Source of the DNA: a virus | Taxonomy: Duplodnaviria; Caudoviricetes | Reading direction: 5' to 3' (one strand) | DNA length: 41,986 nt | IMG/VR virus record: IMGVR_UViG_3300025018_000048 | Span: 1 to 41,986 of that record | Shown: piece by piece, positions 36,163-41,986 of the stretch | How positions within the stretch are numbered: position 1 is the stretch's first letter | Layout: every line of letters begins with the position of its first letter | Position numbers and translations under genes: made by a program | The notes under the pieces: model-generated | What the model was told of the DNA's origin: nothing | Seen by the model: the letters and a program-made list of their open reading frames with translations, nothing else | Database searches by the model: none

Positions 36163-36905
36163 CACTTCGACCCCACCGAATCAGCCAGAGCCTCTTCCGG
36201 CGTCTTCGGGCCGCCCCCAGGAAACGGCCAATCACCCTTCTGCGTCGGATCCTTGGCCAACTCCTTGGCTTGGCGCTCGGCCTGGTCGGCATCGGTGCCC
36301 AGGCCCTTGCCTTTGCCCTTGGCACCCTTGATCGGCGTGACCTTGCCGCTGTCGGCGGCGTCATCGATCTTGGTCTGCTTGCTGATGATCTCGGGCGCCG
36401 TCAGTTCGATGTCCAGGTCGTGCGACTTGAGCACGCCGAGCTCGCCCATCGTCTCCGCGTCGACGTCCGACGTGTAGAACACGACATGGAAATCGACCGC
36501 GCCGCCTTCCTTCGGGCTGATCTTCTTGACCGTGACGGTGCCGTCCTGCAGCTTGATGTCCGCGTGGCCGGTGGCGCCGACGTGGATGTGCAGCTTGCAC
36601 CCGGTCTGCTCGTTGCCCTCTTTCGGGCTCAGGTCGCCGAGCATGACCGCGGCTTTCGTGAGCGAGGGGAATTCGCTGACGACTTCGACGCCGTCGAGCG
36701 TGGCCTGGGCTGCGGCGCCGCTGTTGCCCCTGGAGTAGAGGAAGGTCAGCAGGGCCTTGTCCAGCATCGCCAGGGCGCTGTTGGCCAGCGTGACCTTGAA
36801 GGCCAGGGCGACGGCCGGCACCACTTCGGTCTGGCCCATCTTGAGCGACTGGATGTCGATGTCGACCAAGGTGGCCTTGGTCTTGCGGGTGAGTTCGAAG
36901 CGCAT
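36162..36905 (-). CDS. Hypothetical protein
   Basis: AAAGGA RBS, MRFELTRKTK...; strong GC3 bias. Confidence 0.75.
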   Translation of the reverse strand: MRFELTRKTKATLVDIDIQSLKMGQTEVVPAVALAFKVTLANSALAMLDKALLTFLYSRGNSGAAAQATLDGVEVVSEFPSLTKAAVMLGDLSPKEGNEQTGCKLHIHVGATGHADIKLQDGTVTVKKISPKEGGAVDFHVVFYTSDVDAETMGELGVLKSHDLDIELTAPEIISKQTKIDDAADSGKVTPIKGAKGKGKGLGTDADQAERQAKELAKDPTQKGDWPFPGGGPKTPEEALADSVGSK

Positions 36906-36936
36906 GGGGTTCCTTTTGGTGGTGGTTGGTGGCGGG

Positions 36937-37281
36937 TCAGAAATTGCGATCGTCTTCGGGGAAATAGTCCTCACGCGACGACTCGCTGGTCAGCAGCGGC
37001 GCCGCCGGCGCGTCGCGCATTTCGTAGGCGTTCACCGGCGAGGACTGCAGGTAGTTCGCCAACTTGCGGGCAGTGGCCTCGGCCAGCGGCGTCATGCCGT
37101 ACAGGGAGCCGGGCGCGAAATAGCGCGTGTGGGCCGCGATGTCGCCGACCTGGGGCACGTCGACGCGGATGAACGCGCACCCGCCGATGGTCTGTTCGGT
37201 CAGCTCACCGGCAATGCGCGTGCGCCCCATCAGTTCGAGCAGTCCCCAGGACTTGAATTGCTCCGTTGGTTGATCTGGCAT
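36937..37281 (-). CDS. Hypothetical phage protein
   Basis: WGLLELMGRTRIAG...FIRVDVP; AAGGA RBS. Confidence 0.78.
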   Translation of the reverse strand: MPDQPTEQFKSWGLLELMGRTRIAGELTEQTIGGCAFIRVDVPQVGDIAAHTRYFAPGSLYGMTPLAEATARKLANYLQSSPVNAYEMRDAPAAPLLTSESSREDYFPEDDRNF

Positions 37282-37407
37282 GTTGATTTTTCCTTGGGCG
37301 GATGTAGGTGGTGGGTGGGGCGATCAGGCTGCGGTCGCTTCGCTTACTAGGCGCCAGGCCGGCTCAGCACCGGGGGAAACACTTCCGCCATGTGACCGCC
37401 CCGTAAC

Positions 37408-37929
37408 TCAGTCGACGATTGCCCAGTCGTCAGCCAGCATGTCGGTCTGGCTGGCAAGCCATCCCGGCAACATTGCGCGGCGGCCGTGGGCATTGACCGT
37501 CCACATATCGATGTGCGGCAGGATCTCGCAAGCGTTGCACTCGGCTTCTGGCGTGCTCAGGGCCTTCGCGTAAGGCGTACCAGGATTCAGTTTTGCGAGT
37601 TCCGTGCCGGGTACCAGCAACAGCCACATACCCTTGCCGTTCCAGCCTGCGCGCGCGACCTTGAAGCCCTTCTTCAGTGCCTCGATGGCCAGGCCGAATG
37701 ACAGGCCCGATGTCTCGCGATAGGCGTTGTCGAATTGCTCGGCCGGCGACCAGCTGATGTATCCGGCGTGGCGTGAGTCGTTCGGCTTGCCCCCGTCCAG
37801 ATACTCGACCAGATAGCCTGGCGCGCCCTGGTCCTCGTTTGCGGGCGGCGCCCACCCACGATAGGCGTTGTAGTCTCCGCGCGTCAACGGCCTGGCGTTG
37901 ATCATCTTGGTCCCGATGTAGGTCTTCAT
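37408..37929 (-). CDS. DUF2829 (Tad2-like anti-defence sponge) domain protein with an extra N-terminal domain
   Basis: LSFGLAIEALKKGFKVARAGWNGKGMW...WLASQTDMLADDW. Confidence 0.85.
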   Translation of the reverse strand: MKTYIGTKMINARPLTRGDYNAYRGWAPPANEDQGAPGYLVEYLDGGKPNDSRHAGYISWSPAEQFDNAYRETSGLSFGLAIEALKKGFKVARAGWNGKGMWLLLVPGTELAKLNPGTPYAKALSTPEAECNACEILPHIDMWTVNAHGRRAMLPGWLASQTDMLADDWAIVD

Positions 37930-38045
37930 GGTGAATAGCCCTTTCGTGGCTGGTTGGGAAATGGGTGGGGCAACGCAACAGCGCGGTGATGGCTTTCGGC
38001 GCGGGATGCGCCTCTATCGCCTTTGGCCGGTCGTTGCCCCGTAAA

Positions 38046-38666
38046 TCAGGCCGCGACCGGCTGCGCCTTCTTCGCGTCAGCGATCGCGAAATAGACCGCC
38101 ATGCACGCCTTCACGTCGGCCATGGCGCTGTGGGCGTTCTCGAACGGCGCGCCGGTGAAGTGCGTGAATGCCTCCTGCAGGTTCGCGCTCTTGTGCTTGA
38201 AAAAGCCGGCCGCACGCATCTTGGCCGTGGGCGGCAACTTCATGATGGGCGTTGCCAGGCGCTGCGTGCACGCTGCCTTGACGCCCTTCCACAGCGCGCA
38301 GTCGCTCTCCGAATACCCGAACCGGTGCTGGGCGATGCGGATGATCCGGGCGTCGAACTGCTCGTTGTGCGCGATGCGCAGCTGCTGGCTCCACAGCGAC
38401 AGGAACATGTCCAGCGCATCGGCCTCCGGGATGCCTTCGGCCAGGGCGCGTTCGGTCGTGATGCCATGGATGTCAGACACCTCCTTGGGGATGGTCCAGC
38501 CGTCGGGGCGGATGATGGTGTTCATCGAGCCCAGCTGCTCGCGCGTGTCCAGGTCAACCACGATGGCCGCCAGTTGCACGATGTGCGGTTGCCGGGGGTC
38601 CTCGCTGGGCTCGCTGAACAGGGGCAGGCCGGAAGTTTCCGTGTCGAAGAAGATTGCTTTGGGCAT
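38046..38666 (-). CDS. DEDDh 3'-5' exonuclease
   Basis: FFDTETSG, IHGIT, AHNEQFD, AHSAMAD. Confidence 0.9.
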   Translation of the reverse strand: MPKAIFFDTETSGLPLFSEPSEDPRQPHIVQLAAIVVDLDTREQLGSMNTIIRPDGWTIPKEVSDIHGITTERALAEGIPEADALDMFLSLWSQQLRIAHNEQFDARIIRIAQHRFGYSESDCALWKGVKAACTQRLATPIMKLPPTAKMRAAGFFKHKSANLQEAFTHFTGAPFENAHSAMADVKACMAVYFAIADAKKAQPVAA

Positions 38667-38705
38667 GGTTCGCTTTCAAGTAGTTGCAGGGGTGGGGGAT
38701 CGGTA

Positions 38706-39599
38706 TCAGGCCGCGCGTGCGGACATCGTCTGTTTCTGGAACACGCGCACGCCGGGCAGCTTGGTGTTCATGCCGGTGGCGCGGACCTGGGCGCGCAGCT
38801 TGATGCTGTCGGCCATCAACAACGTGATCAGCTCCGGGTGCTCGGCAACATGGCACACCAGCGCGTGCAGGTTCTCGATCACGAAGTCGACCGACTTGCT
38901 GGTGCTGATGCCCGACACGCGCGCCGGCGCCGAGACCTCGGCCGGCATGCTGACGACGGCAGCCGATACCGCCGTGGCCTGTGCTTGAGCCTGGGCCTGC
39001 TCGGCAGCTTGGGCTTGCTCGGCGGCCTGGGCCTGGGCGGTTGCCTGTGCCGCTTGCGCTGCAGCTGCTGCCTCGGCATCGCCCCGGGCTGCCGCCTCCT
39101 GTGCCTCGCGTTCGGCGCGCTGGGATTCTTCTGCTGCCCGCTGCGCCGCGGCTGCCGCCTCGCGGGCGACGCGTTCCTGCTCGCGCTGCTCGGCGGCCAG
39201 GCGCTCGCGCTCGATGCGCGCGGCTTCCTCGGCCTTGCGCCGGGCCTCATCGGCAATGCGCTGCTGCTCGGTGGTGTAGGTGAGCATGGCGCCTTTGAGC
39301 TGGCGCTCGGCGTCAACCAAGTATTGCGCCGGCGCGCGGAACAGATCGTTGACTGCCTTGACCGCCTGATTTAGTGGCCCGGTGATGCTGGTGCGCTGTT
39401 CCTCGACCTTCTTCTGCAGAGCCTTGACGCTGCGCAGGTCGACGGCTGCGACCTCGAGCATGTCATCGCTGTCGACCGTGAAGTCGGCCGCGTTGGACAG
39501 GGCGCGCTGCGCCTGCTGGCCGAGCACGATCGCGGCGGTGGCGTCGTACTGGATTGCGCCTTTGGCGGGCGCGCTGGTGGTTGTGACGGTATCAGGCAT
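38706..39599 (-). CDS. Coiled-coil protein of the recombination module
   Basis: EEQRTSITGPLN, long Ala/Glu/Gln helix, LPGVRVF C-terminus. Confidence 0.7.
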   Translation of the reverse strand: MPDTVTTTSAPAKGAIQYDATAAIVLGQQAQRALSNAADFTVDSDDMLEVAAVDLRSVKALQKKVEEQRTSITGPLNQAVKAVNDLFRAPAQYLVDAERQLKGAMLTYTTEQQRIADEARRKAEEAARIERERLAAEQREQERVAREAAAAAQRAAEESQRAEREAQEAAARGDAEAAAAAQAAQATAQAQAAEQAQAAEQAQAQAQATAVSAAVVSMPAEVSAPARVSGISTSKSVDFVIENLHALVCHVAEHPELITLLMADSIKLRAQVRATGMNTKLPGVRVFQKQTMSARAA

Positions 39600-40206
39600 G
39601 AGAGATCTCCTTCAAGGTGATGCGGTGTTTGGCCGCGAACTGACGCAGGGTGACCAGCGACGCGAACGCCGCAAAGTCAGTGGGATCGGTGTATTGCTTG
39701 AGCTCATACCCATTCGGGTACAGGCGAACGGCGTAGCGGCGATACACGCCGGCCATGGATGGCTGACCGATGCCTTGGGCATGAGCGTGGGCATAGGCGG
39801 ACAACTGCGGGCCCACGCTGGCATACAGGGCGGTACCCGACTTAATGTCCACGATTGCGGGAAACCCGTCGACGATGCCCTTGCGGTCCAACGTGCCGGC
39901 GTAGCGCAGGCTTGGGTGGTACACGCGCGACTCGATCAGCTCCCAGGCGCAGCCGTGTTCACGGCAGAACTTGCGCCACCCTGCCAAGTAGGGCATCAAG
40001 TTGGGATCGAGGGCGGACTCGTCCAGTTGCTTGAGGTCGTCCAGCTCGCAGGCCGCATGCACCGCGGTGCCGAATGCGCTGGCGCGGCGCAGCAAATCCG
40101 GGTCGACGTGATCCAGGTCCATCATCGGGCGCAGGATCTGTGTGACCGATGGCACCACCTGGCCGCCGTAGCGGTAGGTGTGCGTGTCTGCATCGAAGGT
40201 CAGCAT
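39592..40206 (-). CDS. PD-(D/E)XK family nuclease
   Basis: PSVTQIL, GTAVH, YAGTLD, IVDIKSG, QLSAY. Confidence 0.85.
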   Translation of the reverse strand: MLTFDADTHTYRYGGQVVPSVTQILRPMMDLDHVDPDLLRRASAFGTAVHAACELDDLKQLDESALDPNLMPYLAGWRKFCREHGCAWELIESRVYHPSLRYAGTLDRKGIVDGFPAIVDIKSGTALYASVGPQLSAYAHAHAQGIGQPSMAGVYRRYAVRLYPNGYELKQYTDPTDFAAFASLVTLRQFAAKHRITLKEISHA

Positions 40207-40211
40207 GATGA

Positions 40212-41399
40212 TCAGGCCGACGCCGGCAGCTGGTCCTTGATCGCGATGAATCCGTCTTTGGTCAGCCCGGCCAGGTCAGCGGGCAGGCCTTCGACGCCCG
40301 CGGCAATCACCAGTTCGGCCAGGTCCTTGCCGGCACTGCGCGCGCGGTTGATGATGAACTTGCGTTCGCCCTCGGTGGCCAGGGCCGCGGGGTCGGCTGA
40401 TGCCGCGGCCGCGCGCTTGGGCTTGGCCTGGGTGACTTCCGGCTTTTGCTCCGCGTTTGGGGTGGTCTCGGTGCCGGATTCGGGGTTGTCGGCCGGGTCG
40501 ATCGCCGGGGGCGGGGTGCGCTCGGGCTCGGTGGCCGCGTGGATTTCGCCGGTGTTCTGGTCGACAGTGGCAGGCTTTGCCTGAGGCGCCTTCACGATGG
40601 GTTTCCCCGGCTCGCCAGTGGGCTCCATTTCGAACCAGTCGCCCGGCAAACTCATGTCGTCGCGCAGGCTCGCGTAAATGCGCTTGAGCATGACCACTTG
40701 AGCCGGCTGTATCGCGTCCAGTCGGCGCTGGATTCGCTTCTCGATGTGCTCCTTTTGGATGCCCCACGGAGCGAAGGCTGCGACCATTTTCTGCATGGCC
40801 TCGGAACTGGTGTCGGCCGTCGTCTTGAGCGTGACGTCCACCTGCGTCATGGCGGCCTCGGTAACGTCGCCCGGGATCATCGCCAAGATGCATGCACGCA
40901 CGCGGCGCTGCGCCTGGTTGGCGATCAACTCGTAGATGTCGCGCTCGTCGGTGAGCTTGTAGCCGCCCTTCTTGGTGTCGCGCCAGTGGCGAACGATGAA
41001 CTGCAGCCGCTTGCTGCTGCGGCCTTCCAGGTCGACGCAGTAGGCCTCGACTTCGGAGAACGGCACACCGTCCGGGTCGGTGCCGCGGGCGAGTTCACGA
41101 AAGCCCTGTTCCATGTTCCCCCATTGCTGCGCGATCGCCTCGGCAGCGCGAATGCTCGGGCCGCTGATGTCGCTGCCACCGCGCGCGAATTGATATTCCG
41201 CTTTCTCGGCAAGGGTGGGGCGGGTGAAGGCATTGAGGATGCGGTCCATGGCGGCGACCACATCGCGAGGGAAGCGCTGCGCCATCAGGTATTTGGTTTG
41301 CGTCTCCGCGAGTTCGCGGGATTGGTTCTGACGTGCGCCGGCGGTCTCGACGACAGCAGTCTGGCGCTGGGTTGCGAACGGTGAATCAACAGTGGACAT
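40212..41399 (-). CDS. Putative single-strand annealing/recombination protein
   Basis: AQRFPRD, RGG...GPSIRAAE..AQQWGN, RRVRACILAMIPGD; adjacent to the nuclease. Function inferred from context. Confidence 0.6.
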   Translation of the reverse strand: MSTVDSPFATQRQTAVVETAGARQNQSRELAETQTKYLMAQRFPRDVVAAMDRILNAFTRPTLAEKAEYQFARGGSDISGPSIRAAEAIAQQWGNMEQGFRELARGTDPDGVPFSEVEAYCVDLEGRSSKRLQFIVRHWRDTKKGGYKLTDERDIYELIANQAQRRVRACILAMIPGDVTEAAMTQVDVTLKTTADTSSEAMQKMVAAFAPWGIQKEHIEKRIQRRLDAIQPAQVVMLKRIYASLRDDMSLPGDWFEMEPTGEPGKPIVKAPQAKPATVDQNTGEIHAATEPERTPPPAIDPADNPESGTETTPNAEQKPEVTQAKPKRAAAASADPAALATEGERKFIINRARSAGKDLAELVIAAGVEGLPADLAGLTKDGFIAIKDQLPASA

Positions 41400-41429
41400 G
41401 GTTGTGCTTTCAGGGTTGGAAATCGTTGG

Positions 41430-41546
41430 TCACCAGACGATCGACATGGCGATCGCGGCGATAAAGGCGACGATGTACAGGGCTGCGTCCTGCACGCGGC
41501 GCGACTGCCACATGGACAGGCGGCGAAGGTTGGTGGGGCGACGCAT
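41430..41546 (-). CDS. 38-aa membrane peptide
   Basis: MRRPTNLRRLSMWQSRRVQDAALYIVAFIAAIAMSIVW*; GGAGG RBS. Confidence 0.55.
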   Translation of the reverse strand: MRRPTNLRRLSMWQSRRVQDAALYIVAFIAAIAMSIVW

Positions 41547-41550
41547 GGCG

Positions 41551-41631
41551 TCATTCCTCCATGAGCCACTGAGCCGTGGCGAGGACGCAGTACAGGGCCG
41601 CATCGCGGCAGAGGGCGAGGGCAGAGTTCAT
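41551..41631 (-). CDS. 26-aa peptide
   Basis: MNSALALCRDAALYCVLATAQWLMEE*; ATGA-coupled to the upstream ORF. Confidence 0.4.
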   Translation of the reverse strand: MNSALALCRDAALYCVLATAQWLMEE

Positions 41632-41771
41632 GGCTTCTTTCCCCTCAGGTTGCCACTCACGATCGCCAGAATCGCGGCGATCAGGGCCAGCCAGAACACG
41701 GAGACCACGATGCCAACTTGCAGCGGCGATCCACTCCACCAGGACATGAGCCAGGACACGGCGGCGCTCAT
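41628..41771 (-). CDS. 47-aa membrane peptide
   Basis: MSAAVSWLMSWWSGSPLQVGIVVSVFWLALIAAILAIVSGNLRGKKP*; ATGA-coupled. Confidence 0.55.
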   Translation of the reverse strand: MSAAVSWLMSWWSGSPLQVGIVVSVFWLALIAAILAIVSGNLRGKKP

Positions 41772-41986
41772 GGCATCACCCCGCCAGGAAAGCCGACACG
41801 CATCACGGTGCTGGCGTCGTACTGTCCGATCACCGCGCCGCCGGTGCGCCGGCTTGCTTCGTCGTCGGCCGCATCCAGTGCGGCAACACGATCAGCCTCG
41901 GCGATGTCCTGCAGCTGGTCCAGTGCTTGCTCGAGAACCGAGCGCATGCGGGCATCGATGCGGGCGTTGTCGCTCGTGATCAACGC
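41768..41986 (-). CDS. 3' part of the junction-spanning PL gene (start at 292)
   Basis: Same frame as the ORF starting at 292. Confidence 0.7.
   Translation of the reverse strand, partial: ALITSDNARIDARMRSVLEQALDQLQDIAEADRVAALDAADDEASRRTGGAVIGQYDASTVMRVGFPGGVMP
41860..41986. repeat. Terminal direct repeat (copy 2)
   Basis: Identical to 1-127. Confidence 0.95.

Noticed and set aside
37985-38025. Hammerhead ribozyme (minus strand stem followed by GAAA)
   Set aside because: The CUGANGA core is absent (GCGAUAGA instead).
37312-38045. Integron attC sites
   Set aside because: The ends do not fit RYYYAAC/GTTRRRY, and the integrase is a phage type next to a tRNA attP.
39592-40206. Cas4 / CRISPR adaptation gene
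   Set aside because: It lacks the four-Cys Fe-S pattern and sits in an ordinary phage recombination module.

Overview
The window is an apparently complete temperate phage genome of about 41,859 bp. Bases 1-127 repeat exactly at 41860-41986, and one gene reads across that junction. It is GC-rich, and the host is probably a betaproteobacterium (Burkholderiales-like; inference). The layout is lambdoid, with a podovirus-type virion. A cI/cro switch has four operators and PL/PR promoters. The rightward early operon holds DUF5131, an adenine MTase, a replication initiator and RusA. The late block runs terS-terL-portal-scaffold-capsid-fibre/tailspike-adaptor-nozzle-ejection proteins, followed by holin, M15 endolysin and spanins. 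attP (3' half of tRNA-Val CAC) lies next to a tyrosine integrase. The leftward operon holds a putative SSAP, nucleases, Tad2-like DUF2829, an HD hydrolase and a C5 MTase. The most unusual feature is a ~5.9 kb block (23377-29257) inside the ejection-protein cluster. It carries a second replication initiator with its own iterons, DnaB, a synonymously diverged second copy of the small gene upstream of terS, and a second paralogous ejection module. Apparent stumps of the original large ejection gene(s) flank it. Other candidates are a structured capsid-leader RNA with three repeated 8-nt-loop hairpins, twin stem-loops bracketing the Tad2-like gene, a D-arm-less tRNA-like fold at attP, accessory genes at the rex position, and a split nozzle gene. 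All product calls come from motif recognition by eye, not database searches.
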